Shown here: piece after piece, positions 41,781-52,483 of the stretch | Numbering within the stretch: position 1 is the first letter of the stretch | Layout of the letters: each line of letters begins with the position of its first letter | DNA from: Sporichthyaceae bacterium | GTDB lineage: Bacteria; Actinomycetota; Actinomycetes; JACCUZ01 | Assembly (NCBI GenBank): GCA_031365725.1 | Contig: JANLYQ010000010.1 | Location: forward strand, 50,238-114,237 | Length of the DNA stretch: 64,000 nucleotides | Direction: 5' to 3' | Made by a program: the position numbers and the translations under genes | The notes under the pieces: generated by a model | Seen by the model: only the letters and a program-made list of their open reading frames with translations | Told to the model about the DNA's origin: nothing | The model's database searches: none

Positions 41781-42380
41781 GTGAAGCACCGGCGACCCAA
41801 GCGCCGTCGCGCTGTCGTCATCGAGCTCGTCCTGCTGGTGGTCGGCGTCGTGCTCGCCACCTCGCTGGTGCGCGCCTACGTCGTGGCGCCGTACTCCATC
41901 CCGTCCGCGTCGATGCAGCACACCCTCGAGGTGGGCGACCGCATCCTCGTCGACCGGGTGTCCTACCGGCTCCATGCTGTACGCCGGTTGGACGTGGTCG
42001 TCTTCGACGGCACGGACACCTTCGGCAAGCTCGGCACCGGGCCGGGGGAGACCGACTACGTCAAGCGGGTCATCGGCCTGCCCGGCGACCACGTGGTCTG
42101 CTGCGACGCCGCCGGCCGCCTCAGGGTCAACGGCACTGCGCTGGACGAACGCACCTACCTCTATCCCGGCGACAAGCCCTCCGACGTCGCCTTCGACGTG
42201 CGGGTGCCAGCGGGGCGGCTGTGGCTGATGGGCGACCACCGCTCGGACTCGCTGGACTCCCGCTCCCACCTCGGGGACCCCGGCGGCGGGACGGTGCCGG
42301 TCGGCAAGGTGGTCGGGCGGGTGCGGCTGGTCGTGTGGCCCTTGACACGCCTCGGTGGCCTGCCGGACCCGGCCTCATGA
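41781..42380 (+). CDS. lepB: Signal peptidase I (copy 1)
   Basis: N-terminal TM anchor, catalytic Ser (PSASMQHTL) and Lys (KRVIGLPGD) boxes, GDHRSDSLDSR box. Confidence 0.8.
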   Translation: MKHRRPKRRRAVVIELVLLVVGVVLATSLVRAYVVAPYSIPSASMQHTLEVGDRILVDRVSYRLHAVRRLDVVVFDGTDTFGKLGTGPGETDYVKRVIGLPGDHVVCCDAAGRLRVNGTALDERTYLYPGDKPSDVAFDVRVPAGRLWLMGDHRSDSLDSRSHLGDPGGGTVPVGKVVGRVRLVVWPLTRLGGLPDPAS

Positions 42381-42458
42381 CCTCGTTCTGACCGTCGCCC
42401 CCGTAGGCTCTCACGCGCGGTGCCACCCCGGTGCGCGGGACGGAAGGACTCCACCTCG

Positions 42459-43208
42459 ATGACGACCGACAGCGGTCACCGCGGGCACAGCGCGGCCGAT
42501 CTTCCTCGGGTGCGCACGCGGCGGGCAGCACCGCACCGCAAGTCGTTCCTTCGCGAGCTGCCCGGCATCGTGCTCACCGCGCTGGTCATCTCGGTGCTGA
42601 TCAAGACCTTCCTGGTGCAGGCGTTCTACATCCCGTCCGGGTCGATGGAGAACACCCTGCTGGTCAACGACCGGGTGCTGGTCAACAAGCTCGCGGACAA
42701 GCCCGACGAGATCCACCGCGGTGACGTCGTGGTCTTCCAGGACCCGGGCGGCTGGCTCAACTCTCCCGCTTCCACGCCGCGCGGCGGACTGCTCGGCGGC
42801 CTGCGCGACGGCCTGGTCTTCGTCGGGCTCGCACCGGCCGCGGGCGAGGAGGACCTGATCAAGCGGGTCATCGGGGTCGGTGGCGACACCGTCGCCTGCT
42901 GCGACCCACAGGGCCGGATGACCGTCAACGGGGTGCCGCTCACCGAGCCTTACCTCTTCCCCGGTGACGTCCCCTCGACGGAGACCTTCTCGGTCAAGGT
43001 GCCCGCGGGTCACCTCTGGGTCATGGGCGACCACCGGTCGGTGTCCGAGGACTCCCGCGCCCACCAGTCCCAGCCGGGCAAGGGCTTCGTCCCGGTGACC
43101 GACGTGATCGGCCGCGCCTTCACCATCGTCTGGCCACTGGACCGGGCGACGTTGATGAAGCGCCCCGCGACGTTCGGCCAGCCAGGACTGGCCACCAACG
43201 GGCCATGA
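42459..43208 (+). CDS. lepB: Signal peptidase I (copy 2, tandem paralogue)
   Basis: PSGSMENTL, KRVIGVGGD, GDHRSVSEDSR boxes. ATG at 42459 with RBS ggaagga. Confidence 0.75.
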   Translation: MTTDSGHRGHSAADLPRVRTRRAAPHRKSFLRELPGIVLTALVISVLIKTFLVQAFYIPSGSMENTLLVNDRVLVNKLADKPDEIHRGDVVVFQDPGGWLNSPASTPRGGLLGGLRDGLVFVGLAPAAGEEDLIKRVIGVGGDTVACCDPQGRMTVNGVPLTEPYLFPGDVPSTETFSVKVPAGHLWVMGDHRSVSEDSRAHQSQPGKGFVPVTDVIGRAFTIVWPLDRATLMKRPATFGQPGLATNGP

Positions 43209-43927
43209 CCGACCGGCACCGTGTCGTCGTGCGCCGCGAAGGCGGGCTGCACGCCTATGAGCAGGCGCTGGACCGGGCCGGGCTAGCGCCGGTCGCCGGC
43301 GTGGACGAAGCGGGGCGCGGCGCCTGCGCCGGCCCTCTCGTGGTCGCGGCGGTCGTGCTGCCGCCCGGTCGCCGCGGGCAGGTGCCCGAGCTCGCCGACT
43401 CCAAGCTGCTCACCCCAGCGGTCCGGGACCGCGTCTTCGACGAGGTGATGGCACGGGCTGTCGCGACGGCGGTGGTCGTGGTGCCACCGGGCGAGGTGGA
43501 CCAGCTCGGGCTGCACGTGTGCAACGTCGAAGGCATGCGCCGGGCGTTGGCCCAGCTGTCGGTGTCCCCGGCTTACGTGCTCACCGATGGCTTCCCGGTG
43601 CGCGGGCTGTCGGCCCCGGGGCTCGCGGTGTGGAAGGGCGACCGGGTCAGCGCGTCGATCGCCGCAGCCTCCGTGCTGGCCAAGGTCACCCGGGACCGGT
43701 TGATGGCCGAGCTGCACCTGCGCTACCCGGCGTACGACTTCGTCGGGCACAAGGGCTACTGCACGCCCGTCCACGATGCCGCGCTCGAGGGGCACGGACC
43801 GTGCTCGGAACACCGGTTCTCTTACGTCAACGTGGCCCGGCGGGTGCTGCGTGACGGCCCGGACCCGCGGGTGCCGGTGCGGACGCTGCACCGGATGGCA
43901 GTCGATGAGGGAGCGCTGGTCGGATGA
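43205..43927 (+). CDS. rnhB: Ribonuclease HII
   Basis: GVDEAGRGACAGPLV catalytic motif. ATG overlaps the lepB stop. Confidence 0.9.
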   Translation: MTDRHRVVVRREGGLHAYEQALDRAGLAPVAGVDEAGRGACAGPLVVAAVVLPPGRRGQVPELADSKLLTPAVRDRVFDEVMARAVATAVVVVPPGEVDQLGLHVCNVEGMRRALAQLSVSPAYVLTDGFPVRGLSAPGLAVWKGDRVSASIAAASVLAKVTRDRLMAELHLRYPAYDFVGHKGYCTPVHDAALEGHGPCSEHRFSYVNVARRVLRDGPDPRVPVRTLHRMAVDEGALVG

Positions 43928-44241
43928 GCGCCGAGGACCTGGAGAAGTACGAGACCGAGATGGAGCTCCAGCTCTATCGGGAGTACCGTGACGTGGTCGG
44001 CCTGTTCGGCTACGTCGTCGAGACCGAGCGCCGGTTCTATCTCACCAACGCCGTCGAGGTGACCCCGCGCAGCACCGACGGTGGCGACGTGTGGTTCGAG
44101 GTCACGATGGCCGACGCGTGGGTGTGGGACATGTACCGCCCGGCGCGGTTCGTCAAGAACGTGCGGGTGCTGACCTTCAAGGACGTCAACGTCGAGGAGC
44201 TCGCCCGGCACGAGCTGTCGGTGGAGCTCCCGGAGTCCTGA
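43924..44241 (+). CDS. DUF2469 domain protein (Rv2901c-like)
   Basis: 105 aa. MSAEDLEKYETEMELQLYREYRDVVGLFGYVVETERRFYLTN. Conserved downstream of rnhB in actinobacteria. Confidence 0.7.
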   Translation: MSAEDLEKYETEMELQLYREYRDVVGLFGYVVETERRFYLTNAVEVTPRSTDGGDVWFEVTMADAWVWDMYRPARFVKNVRVLTFKDVNVEELARHELSVELPES

Positions 44242-44260
44242 CGGCGTGGGTGGTGGCGAC

Positions 44261-45442
44261 TCAGCCGGCCGGGCGGGGCACCCGGTGCAGCGCCTCTTCC
44301 GGGTCGAGACCGGTGAGCTCGAGCAGGTCCACCACGATCGATCGCACCTGGGCGAGCACGACCGTCGAGGACATCGAGACCGGGTGCTGTCCAGCGGCCG
44401 TCCCGATGGCCGCGTGCGCACTGGCGTGGGCGAGCAGCTCCAGGTCCGGCCGCAGGTCGGCCACCGAACCGCTTCCGGTGAAGGTGTCGGCCAGGTCGCC
44501 GATGACCGAGGCGAGGTCATCGAGCAGCACGACGTACGTCGGGGGGATGGTGTCCCGGTAGCGCGTCGCGGCGACGACCCGGCGGACCAGGACCCGGGCG
44601 TTGCGCACGGCATGGTCGACCGGCTCGGCGATCTCCGCAACCCTCTCCACGTGTTGGCGGTGCCCGCGCCGGAACGGTGAGCTGCGCACGATCGCGAGGC
44701 CGTCGGCTGACGCCGAGCGCAGGTCAGCCAGGGCCGAGTCGGTGGCGCGGGCACGCCTGAGCGCGGCCTCCGCGAGGGGGACGTCACCGCCGCGGGCGGC
44801 GTCCGCGGCGTCGTGCAGCAGGGCGGCGAGCTCGTCGAGCACCCGGGCGGCCTCCTCCCGCGGGCGGCGCAACGGACTCTGCGGCGCGACGGCAGCCGCG
44901 GCGAGGGCGACCGCACCGCCGACCAGTGCGTCCAGCCATCGACCGAAGCCGGCCGACGGCACCGGCAGCACGATCGTGACGAACACCGACTGCACCGCGG
45001 CCTGGGTGACGATCAGGGGGCCGCCGTCGAGCAGCACCGCAGCGGTCATCGCGAGGGCCACCACCACCCCGACCTGCCAGACGCCGCTGCCGGCGACGCG
45101 GACGAAGGCCTCGGCCACGACCACGCCGACCGCCACTCCCACGGTCACCTCCCCGACCCGGCGCAGCCGCTGGCCGTAGGACATGCCGAGGCTGGCGATC
45201 GCAGCGACGGGAGCAAAGAACGGCTGCGGGTGCCCGAGCAGCCGGTGGGCGATGAACCAGGCGACTGCAGCCGAGACTGCGACCTGGGCGATGAGGAACG
45301 AGCGCTGCCGCAGGCGCAGCAACCGGGCCTGCAGGTCGCTGCGTCCGCGCCGGGCCACCCGCGCACCCAGGACGGCGGGTCGGGTGCCACGCACCCGGTC
45401 GCCGCGACCGGGGCCGTCACCGTCGCATGCCGGGCTGCTCAC
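44261..45442 (-). CDS. FUSC-like / aromatic acid exporter family inner-membrane protein
   Basis: Multiple TM helices ([38 protein letters not shown]...) followed by a cytoplasmic helical domain. The start is uncertain (ORF-track ATG 45442, or an internal GTG near 45358). Confidence 0.55.
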   Translation of the reverse strand: MSSPACDGDGPGRGDRVRGTRPAVLGARVARRGRSDLQARLLRLRQRSFLIAQVAVSAAVAWFIAHRLLGHPQPFFAPVAAIASLGMSYGQRLRRVGEVTVGVAVGVVVAEAFVRVAGSGVWQVGVVVALAMTAAVLLDGGPLIVTQAAVQSVFVTIVLPVPSAGFGRWLDALVGGAVALAAAAVAPQSPLRRPREEAARVLDELAALLHDAADAARGGDVPLAEAALRRARATDSALADLRSASADGLAIVRSSPFRRGHRQHVERVAEIAEPVDHAVRNARVLVRRVVAATRYRDTIPPTYVVLLDDLASVIGDLADTFTGSGSVADLRPDLELLAHASAHAAIGTAAGQHPVSMSSTVVLAQVRSIVVDLLELTGLDPEEALHRVPRPAG

Positions 45443-45555
45443 GACGCCATGGTGCCTCGTCGGTCGCGTTCGTCCACAGGCGGGCGTCAGGCCGAGTTGT
45501 CCACAGATCTGGTTCTGGCCGGGGACCGGCCCGTGCCGGCGGCCAGGGTGGAGAC

Positions 45556-45945
45556 ATGGAGCACTCAGCAGCCGATGGCACCGGCACCGTTCGTCGCAGC
45601 GACGCCCTAGGGGCCTACGGCGAGCGGTTGGCGGCGGCCCACCTGCAGGCCGGCGGCATGACGGTGCTCGACCGCAACTGGCGATGCCCGTCGGGGGAGA
45701 TCGACCTGGTGGCCCGCGACGGTGACGTGCTGGTCGTCTGTGAGGTCAAGACGCGGTCATCAGCACTGATGGGCCTGCCGTTGGAGGCCGTGACGCCGGC
45801 GAAGGCGGCCCGGCTGCGCCGGTTGGCAGCCGCCTGGATCGCCGCCCATGCGGTGCACCCGGCGGAGGTGCGCATCGACCTGGTCGGGGTCCTGCGACCG
45901 CCGCGCGGCCCCTCGGTCCTCGAGCATGTGCGGGGGGTGGCGTAG
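45556..45945 (+). CDS. yraN: YraN family protein (UPF0102, predicted endonuclease)
   Basis: [46 protein letters not shown] pattern. ATG at 45556 with RBS ggtggagac. Confidence 0.7.
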   Translation: MEHSAADGTGTVRRSDALGAYGERLAAAHLQAGGMTVLDRNWRCPSGEIDLVARDGDVLVVCEVKTRSSALMGLPLEAVTPAKAARLRRLAAAWIAAHAVHPAEVRIDLVGVLRPPRGPSVLEHVRGVA

Positions 45946-47529
45946 GTGCCACTGTCCCGGACGCGTGGAGTCGCGTTGGTGGGTGTCGAGGGCCACCTGG
46001 TCGACGTCGAGGCGGACCTGGGGGTCGGGTTGCCGTCGTACAGCCTGGTGGGTCTGCCCGATGCCTCCCTCGCCGAGTCGCGGGACCGGGTCCGCGCGGC
46101 CATGGTCAACAGCGGCCAGGTCTGGCCGTCGACCAAGCGGGTCACCGTCAACCTCTCGCCGGCCAGCCTGCCCAAGCGCGGCTCGAGCTTCGACCTCGCG
46201 ATCGCCGCGGCGATCCTCGGCGCGCAGGAGGTGGTGCCCTCCGCGGTCTTCGAGGACGCCGTGCTGCTCGGTGAGCTGGGGCTCGACGGTCGGGTGCGCG
46301 CCGTGCGGGGAGTGCTGCCGGCGGTCGCGGCGGCGGCCCGGGCGGGGGTGCTGTCCGCGGTGGTGCCGGCGGCCAACGCGGCCGAGGCCGCGCTGGTCCC
46401 GGGCATCCGGGTCACCGGAGTGCGCACCCTGGCCGGCCTCGTGGCCCGGGCGCGCAGCGAGGACCTGCCCGCGTGCGAGACGCAGGCAGTGCTGACGGTG
46501 GTGGGATCCGGTGAGCTGGGGGGTGACGGTGTGGATCCTGGTCACGCCGACCACCAGCCGGACCTGTCCGACGTGCTGGGGCAGGCGACGGCGCGCTACC
46601 TGATCGAGGTGGCGGCAGCGGGTGGGCATCACCTGCTGATGTCCGGGCCGCCGGGCGCCGGCAAGACGATGCTCGCCGAGCGGCTGCCCGGGTTGCTTCC
46701 TCTCCTCGATGCCGCGTCAGCGCTGGAGGTGACCGCCGTGCACTCGGTGGCGGGTGCACTGCCCGATGGCCGTCCGCTGGTGTCCTCGCCGCCGCTGCAG
46801 GCCCCGCACCACACCGCGTCGGTCGCGGCCATCGTCGGCGGCGGCTCGTCGCACGTGCGGCCGGGCGCGGCGTCGCTGGCGCATCGCGGGGTCCTGTTCA
46901 TGGACGAGGCACCGGAGTTCGCCCCAGCGGTGCTCGACGCTCTACGCGAACCGCTCGAGTCGGGGACCATCACCATTGCCCGGCTCGCGACCCGGGTCAC
47001 CTTCCCCGCGCGCTTCCAGCTCGTGCTGGCTGCCAACCCGTGCCCGTGCGGGCTCGCTGCCAACGTTCCCGGGGCTGGTCCGGCCTGCACCTGCACCCCG
47101 ATGGCCCGCATTCGCTACCTGGGCCGACTGTCCGGACCGCTGCTGGACCGGGTGGACCTGCGTATCGACATGCGGCCCGCCACCCGGGCAGATCTGCGCG
47201 GTGACCGGTCCGGCGTCGAGACCAGCGCTGTCGTCGCGGCCCGCGTCGCCGAGGCCCGGGGTCGGATGACCGCACGGCTGACCGAGACGCCGTGGCGGGT
47301 CAACGCTGACGTGCCCGGCCACGCGATGCGACGGCTCTGGCGGCTGCCGTGGGAGGTGGTCGCCGAGGCGGAGCGGCTGCTGGACCGGGGGGTGCTGACG
47401 GCGCGGGGGGTCGACCGGGTGGTCCGGGTGGCCTGGACGCTGGCCGACCTGGCCGGGCGCGACCGTCCCGATGCGGGTGACGTCCGGGTGGCCCTGGACT
47501 GCCGCGGCGTCCCGGCGTGGGCCGCGTGA
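45946..47529 (+). CDS. comM: YifB/ComM family Mg-chelatase-like AAA+ ATPase
   Basis: N-terminal Lon-like domain, Walker A (LLMSGPPGAGKTMLA), ChlI-type sensor regions. Upstream of dprA as widely conserved. Confidence 0.85.
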   Translation: MPLSRTRGVALVGVEGHLVDVEADLGVGLPSYSLVGLPDASLAESRDRVRAAMVNSGQVWPSTKRVTVNLSPASLPKRGSSFDLAIAAAILGAQEVVPSAVFEDAVLLGELGLDGRVRAVRGVLPAVAAAARAGVLSAVVPAANAAEAALVPGIRVTGVRTLAGLVARARSEDLPACETQAVLTVVGSGELGGDGVDPGHADHQPDLSDVLGQATARYLIEVAAAGGHHLLMSGPPGAGKTMLAERLPGLLPLLDAASALEVTAVHSVAGALPDGRPLVSSPPLQAPHHTASVAAIVGGGSSHVRPGAASLAHRGVLFMDEAPEFAPAVLDALREPLESGTITIARLATRVTFPARFQLVLAANPCPCGLAANVPGAGPACTCTPMARIRYLGRLSGPLLDRVDLRIDMRPATRADLRGDRSGVETSAVVAARVAEARGRMTARLTETPWRVNADVPGHAMRRLWRLPWEVVAEAERLLDRGVLTARGVDRVVRVAWTLADLAGRDRPDAGDVRVALDCRGVPAWAA

Positions 47530-48743
47530 GCGCGGCCGAGCAGGCGGCCCGGGCCGCGCTGTGCCGACTTGCCGAGCCGGCCGACGCGTGGCTGGGGCGG
47601 CAGGTCGCCGAGCTCGGTGCGGTGGAGGTTCTCGACCGGATCTGCCACCCGCGCGCCGAGGAACCCGCACGGCTGGCCGACTACCGGGTCCGGCTGCCGT
47701 CGGTGGCGGCCGACCAGGACCTCACCTCCCGGGCCGGTGCGCGGATCCTGGTCCCGGGAGACGACGAGTGGCCCGCCGCGCTCGACGACCTCGGCGACAC
47801 CACCCCCCTGGCGCTGTGGGCGGTCGGAGCCGGGCATCTGGCCGACCTCATGCGTCGGTCGGTCGCTGTCGTCGGGTCCCGGGCCTGCACCGCCTACGGC
47901 GAGAGCGTCGCGGCCGAGCTCGCGTCAGGCCTCGGCGACCGGGGCTGGTCGGTGGTGTCAGGCGGTGCCTACGGCATCGACGCCGCCGCGCACCGCGGCT
48001 GCCTCGCGGTCGATGCGCCGACCGTCGCGGTGCTTGCCTGCGGTGTCGACGTCGCCTATCCCGCCGCGCACGACGGACTGTTCCGGGCCATCGCGGAGAC
48101 CGGAGTCGTGCTCTCCGAGCTGCCGCCAGGCGCCCGACCGACGCGGCTGCGCTTCCTGGACCGCAACCGACTGATCGCTGCGCTCGGCCGCGGGACAGTG
48201 GTGGTCGAGGCCGCGGCCCGCAGTGGCGCCCTCAACACCGCGGGGCACGCCGAGGGCCTCTGCCGCACGGTGATGGTCGTTCCTGGTCCGGTCACCTCGG
48301 CGACCTCCCGCGGTGGGCACGAGCTCATCCGCACCCATGGCGCCTCCTTGGTCTCGGACGCCTCTGACGTGCTCGACCTCGTGGGTGACCTCGGCAGCGA
48401 TGCGCGGGAGCCGCGCAGGGGCGAGGAGCGCCCGCACGACGCGCTCGACCCGACTGGCTTGCGGGTGCTCGATGCGCTGCCGACTCGCCGACGCGCCGGT
48501 CTGGACAGCATCTCGCGAGTGGCGGGGGTGCCGGTACCCGTCGTGCTGCGGGTGCTGGCCGACCTGGGGTCTCGCGGGCTCGCTGACGGCCGCGACGGTC
48601 GCTGGCGACGGGCGGGGGTCTCGGCGGTCACAGCAGACGAGGTCGCGGGAGCAGACGAAGGAGGGGCAGCCGGCAAGGAAGGGGCAGCAGGCAAGGAAGG
48701 GGCAGTGGGCGAGGCAGGGGCAGCCGGCGAGGCAGCGGGCTGA
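47517..48743 (+). CDS. dprA: DNA-processing protein DprA, with a (GKEGAA)-type repeat C-terminal tail
   Basis: Rossmann-like DprA domain ([16 protein letters not shown]...[13 protein letters not shown]). C-terminal DML1/winged-helix region, then a low-complexity tail encoded by 18-nt repeats at ~48650-48740. Confidence 0.85.
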   Translation: MGRVSAAEQAARAALCRLAEPADAWLGRQVAELGAVEVLDRICHPRAEEPARLADYRVRLPSVAADQDLTSRAGARILVPGDDEWPAALDDLGDTTPLALWAVGAGHLADLMRRSVAVVGSRACTAYGESVAAELASGLGDRGWSVVSGGAYGIDAAAHRGCLAVDAPTVAVLACGVDVAYPAAHDGLFRAIAETGVVLSELPPGARPTRLRFLDRNRLIAALGRGTVVVEAAARSGALNTAGHAEGLCRTVMVVPGPVTSATSRGGHELIRTHGASLVSDASDVLDLVGDLGSDAREPRRGEERPHDALDPTGLRVLDALPTRRRAGLDSISRVAGVPVPVVLRVLADLGSRGLADGRDGRWRRAGVSAVTADEVAGADEGGAAGKEGAAGKEGAVGEAGAAGEAAG

Positions 48744-48799
48744 CGGCGCGCCGGGCGGCGTGCTTGCCTCCGCCCGATCGGCCCGTCACGGTGGGAGGC

Positions 48800-49840
48800 A
48801 TGTCCTCGTCGTCCGTCGCCGCCGTCGCAGCGGCTGCTAGCGCGGTGACCACTGATATGCCGGAGCAGATCGGGCTGCCGAAGCCGCCGGAACCGCCGGA
48901 GCTGCCGGAGCTGCCGGAGCCGCTGGGGCTGCCGGTGGCGCTGGCCGAGGCCCAGGCGGAGTACCTCCGGTACCTGCGCAGCGAGCGAGGCATGTCCGAG
49001 CACTCGGTGCGTGCGTATGGCGGTGACCTGGCCGGACTCCTGGCGCACGCGGCCCGCCTCGGACACTCGGCGCCGGACACGCTGACGCTCGCGGTGCTGC
49101 GCAGCTGGTTGGCCGGTCAGGCCACCCGCGGTCGCTCCCGCAGCACCGTCGCGCGGCGGGCAGCTGCCGCCCGCAGCTTCACCGCGTGGGCCACCCGGGT
49201 CGGTCTGGTGACGAGCGACCCAGGGGCGCTGCTGGCCAGCCCGAAGACGTCCCGGTCCCTGCCGGGCGTCCTGCGGGTGTCCGAGGCGGCCGAGGTGTTG
49301 CAGGTCGCGGCGTTGGCCGCCGACGACGACGCTCCCACCGGGCTGCGTGATCTGGCCGTGCTCGAGGTGCTCTACGCCACGGGTGTCCGGGTCGGCGAGC
49401 TGTGCGGGCTCGACCTGCGCGACGTCGACCGGGAGCGTCGGGTGCTGCGGGTGCTTGGCAAGGGAGCCAAGGAGCGCACGGTGCCGGTCGGTGCGCCGGC
49501 CCTGCGGGCGCTGGACCGCTGGCTCGCCGACGGGCGTCCCTTTCTCGTCACAGGTGCCAGCGGTGGTGCGGTCTTCCTCGGCGCGAGAGGTGGCCGGATA
49601 GACCCGCGGACCGTACGTCGGGCGGTGCACAGCCTGGTCCGGCACGTGCCCGGCGCACCTGACCTTGGCCCACATGGCCTACGACATTCGGCTGCAACCC
49701 ACCTCCTAGAAGGTGGAGCAGACCTCCGGAGCGTCCAAGAGCTTCTCGGTCACGCTACGCTCGCCACCACGCAGATCTACACCCATGTCTCCGTCGAACG
49801 GCTGAAGGCGATCTATGACCAAGCGCACCCAAGGGCCTGA
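48800..49840 (+). CDS. xerC: Tyrosine recombinase XerC, with an N-terminal [12 protein letters not shown] extension
   Basis: Catalytic R...HxxR...Y ([37 protein letters not shown]). ATG at 48800 with RBS gggagg. Confidence 0.85.
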   Translation: MSSSSVAAVAAAASAVTTDMPEQIGLPKPPEPPELPELPEPLGLPVALAEAQAEYLRYLRSERGMSEHSVRAYGGDLAGLLAHAARLGHSAPDTLTLAVLRSWLAGQATRGRSRSTVARRAAAARSFTAWATRVGLVTSDPGALLASPKTSRSLPGVLRVSEAAEVLQVAALAADDDAPTGLRDLAVLEVLYATGVRVGELCGLDLRDVDRERRVLRVLGKGAKERTVPVGAPALRALDRWLADGRPFLVTGASGGAVFLGARGGRIDPRTVRRAVHSLVRHVPGAPDLGPHGLRHSAATHLLEGGADLRSVQELLGHATLATTQIYTHVSVERLKAIYDQAHPRA

Positions 49841-50690
49841 CGGCGCTGCCGCCACGTCCTCCGGGGGAGTGGGCGCCGCCACCGGGCACGACCTCGTCAT
49901 CGACGAGGCGGCGGCGGAGAAGAGCGCGGCCGAAGCCGCGCTCAGTGAGCTCTGGCAGCACTTCAAGAAGACCGGCGAGTCAGCTCTTCGCGAGCGGCTG
50001 ATCCTGCACTACTCCCCGCTGGTCAAGTACGTCGCCGGCCGAGTGGGTGTCGGGCTGCCGCCCAACATCGAGCAGGCCGACCTGGTGTCCTACGGCATCT
50101 TCGGCCTCATCGACGCGATCGAGAAGTTCGACCTCGAGCGGGCGATCAAGTTCGAGACCTACGCCATCAGCCGCATTCGTGGCGCGATCATCGACGAGCT
50201 GCGGGCCATCGACTGGATCCCGCGCTCGGTGCGCTACAAGGCTCGCGAGGTGGAGAAGGCCTACGCCTCCCTCGAGGCCAAGCTGCACCGCACGCCCAGC
50301 GAGACCGAGGTCGCCGCCGAGATGGGCATCAAGCTCGACGACCTGCATGCGATCTTCAGCCAGGTCTCCTTCGTCAACGTCGTGGCCCTCGACGAGCTGC
50401 TCAGCGTCGGCGGCGAGAAGGGGGACAAGCTCAGCCTGGTCGACACGCTCGAGGACACCAAGGCCGAGGACCCTGTCCTCGCTTTCGAGTCCGAGGAGAC
50501 GAAGTTCCTGCTCGCCAAGGCCATCAACACCCTGCCGGAGCGCGAGAAGATCGTCGTCACCCTGTACTACTACGAGGGCCTCACCCTCGCTGAGATCGGG
50601 CAGGTGCTCGGCGTCACCGAGAGTCGCATCTGCCAGATGCACACCAAGGCCGTCCTGCAGCTGCGGGGCAAGCTCGCCGAGGGCAACTAG
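49815..50690 (+). CDS. whiG: FliA/WhiG family RNA polymerase sigma factor (sigma-28 type)
   Basis: Regions 2.x ([12 protein letters not shown] ... [13 protein letters not shown]), 3 and 4 ([29 protein letters not shown]). Overlaps the xerC 3' end by 26 bp if ATG 49815 is used. Confidence 0.8.
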   Translation: MTKRTQGPDGAAATSSGGVGAATGHDLVIDEAAAEKSAAEAALSELWQHFKKTGESALRERLILHYSPLVKYVAGRVGVGLPPNIEQADLVSYGIFGLIDAIEKFDLERAIKFETYAISRIRGAIIDELRAIDWIPRSVRYKAREVEKAYASLEAKLHRTPSETEVAAEMGIKLDDLHAIFSQVSFVNVVALDELLSVGGEKGDKLSLVDTLEDTKAEDPVLAFESEETKFLLAKAINTLPEREKIVVTLYYYEGLTLAEIGQVLGVTESRICQMHTKAVLQLRGKLAEGN

Positions 50691-51030
50691 CCCCGACGCC
50701 GCACAGTGACAGACCTTGGCTGAGGTCTGGGGTTGCTCACCGGTCGGTGCTCGGCTGGCCCACGTCCCGGTGCCACTGCTGCCGTGGACTGAACCCCGTC
50801 TTTCGCAGCCAGTGATCGGTGTACACACCACGCTCCGCCTCGATGGCGACCAACGGGCCCGTCGCGATCACGCACCTGTCTGGGGTGCCGAGCAACTGCA
50901 GAACTGCGTCCTCCAGCCCGGCTTGCGGCAGCGTCTCCGTGGGGGCGATGCCCCCCAGCCACGGGTGAGCCAGCGCTGGCGTGTCAGCGGAGAGGGCAGG
51001 GTACGGGACAGGGGCACTTAGGCTGCGCGG

Positions 51031-52269
51031 GTGCCTGCTGAGCCCACGACATCCGCAGTCCCCGACCTTTCGCAGGGCCGCGGTGACCGACCGGCGACGG
51101 CGCAGGAGCCGAACCCGTTCTGGGGTCCCGACTGGCCCGAGGTCCGGGAGCTGTGGCCGCTGGAGCCGACCGTGGCCCACCTCAACCACGGATCCTTCGG
51201 AGCGGTCCCGCGGTCGGTGCTCGAGGAGCAACAGTCCTGGCGGGACCGGATGGAGGTCAACCCGGTCCGGTTCTTCCGCCGCGAGCTTGCCGCCGCGCTG
51301 AGCACGGCCCGCGGTGAAGTCGCGGATTCCTTCGGTGCGCAGGAGGAGTCGCTCGCTTTCGTGTCCAACGCCACCAGTGGCGCGGGCACCGTGCTGGCGT
51401 CGTTCCCGATCGAGGCCGGCGACCGGGTCCTGCTCACTGACCACAGCTATGGCGCGGTAGCCATCGCTGCGCAACGGTTCGTGCCCGAGCGCGGCGGCGT
51501 CCTCGACACAGTGGCCGTCCCGCTGGCGGCTGATGACGCGGAGGTTGTTGAGCGGGTGCTCGCGGCGGTGGTCGACCGGACCCGGCTGGTGGTGTTGGAC
51601 CACATCACCTCACCGACTGCTCGGCGGCTCCCAGTGGAGCAGCTCATCCCGGCCTTGCAGGACCGCGACATCGCCGTGCTGGTCGACGGCGCCCATGCGC
51701 CGGGCATGATCGAGGTTCGGCTCGACGATCTCGGGGCGGACTTCTACGTCGGGAACCTGCACAAATGGGTTTGCGCCCCGCGGGGCACGGCGGTGCTGCA
51801 CGTCGCTCCGCGGTGGCGATCGCGGGTGCGTCCGCTCGTGGCGTCGTGGGGCGAGGCTGACGGCTTCCCCGCCGCCTTCGACGAGACCGGAACTGAAGAC
51901 GCGACCGCATGGCTGTCGGCGCCGCGCGCGCTACGTGCCCTGCAGCACCTCGGGCTGGAGCGCCTGCGGGCGCACAACGTGGCCCTTGTCGGTTGGGGGC
52001 AGCGGCTGGTCGCGAATGCGCTCGGGCTCAGCCCTGCTGACCTGTCGGTCCCGACCTCGCTGAGCATGGCGCTGGTGCCGCTGCCGGCAGGAGTGGCCAG
52101 CTCGACGGAGTCCGCACTGGCGTTGCAGACTCGACTGGGCGAGGAGTCGTCGGTCGAGGTGACGGTGGTCAGCTGGGGTGGGCAGGGTCTGCTGCGCGTG
52201 TCGGCCCAGGCCTACAACTGTCCGGGCGACTTCCACCGCCTCGCCGACGAACTGCCCGCCCTGCTCTGA
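51031..52269 (+). CDS. Aminotransferase class V-fold PLP-dependent enzyme (cysteine desulfurase / isopenicillin-N epimerase-like)
   Basis: 412 aa, GTG start. Motifs HLNHGSFGAVP, VLDHITSPTA, NLHKW (PLP-Lys). Confidence 0.75.
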   Translation: MPAEPTTSAVPDLSQGRGDRPATAQEPNPFWGPDWPEVRELWPLEPTVAHLNHGSFGAVPRSVLEEQQSWRDRMEVNPVRFFRRELAAALSTARGEVADSFGAQEESLAFVSNATSGAGTVLASFPIEAGDRVLLTDHSYGAVAIAAQRFVPERGGVLDTVAVPLAADDAEVVERVLAAVVDRTRLVVLDHITSPTARRLPVEQLIPALQDRDIAVLVDGAHAPGMIEVRLDDLGADFYVGNLHKWVCAPRGTAVLHVAPRWRSRVRPLVASWGEADGFPAAFDETGTEDATAWLSAPRALRALQHLGLERLRAHNVALVGWGQRLVANALGLSPADLSVPTSLSMALVPLPAGVASSTESALALQTRLGEESSVEVTVVSWGGQGLLRVSAQAYNCPGDFHRLADELPALL

Positions 52270-52318
52270 CCCGCAGGCGACGGCCGCCCGACTGGGGTCA
52301 GCCCGTGCGACCGCGGCT

Positions 52319-52408
52319 GTACCAACCAACACACAGAAGCTGCCATCTGGTTGTCTCTGCACGCTCGTGGAGCCACGTCAGCGCCGGCTTCTGTGTGTCC
52401 GCCGGTAC
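52319..52408. repeat. GTAC-bounded ~90-bp palindromic element, copy 3 (inverted orientation relative to copies 1-2)
   Basis: gtaccaaccaacacacagaag ... cttctgtgtgtccgccggtac. Interior carries gcacgctc, the reverse complement of gagcgtgc. Lies in the convergent intergenic between the aminotransferase and the M23 peptidase. Confidence 0.6.
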
Positions 52409-52435
52409 GCGGGCTGCCCAGTGACGGCCCGAGGG

Positions 52436-52483
52436 CCCGGGGCCGGGGGCCGGGGGCCGGGGGCCGGGGGCCGGGGGCCGGGG
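52436..52483. repeat. (CCGGGGG)n heptanucleotide microsatellite, ~7 units; G-quadruplex / i-motif-forming potential
   Basis: cccggggccgggggccgggggccgggggccgggggccgggggccgggg. Followed at ~52487-52504 by the perfect 18-bp palindrome gcgttaccgaggtaacgc. Confidence 0.8.

Noticed and set aside
50737-51603. 288-aa minus-strand ORF
   Set aside because: Most of it is antisense to the clearly real class-V aminotransferase (51031-52269). Only its 3'-terminal ~85 codons lie in otherwise empty DNA; these are reported separately as a low-confidence observation.
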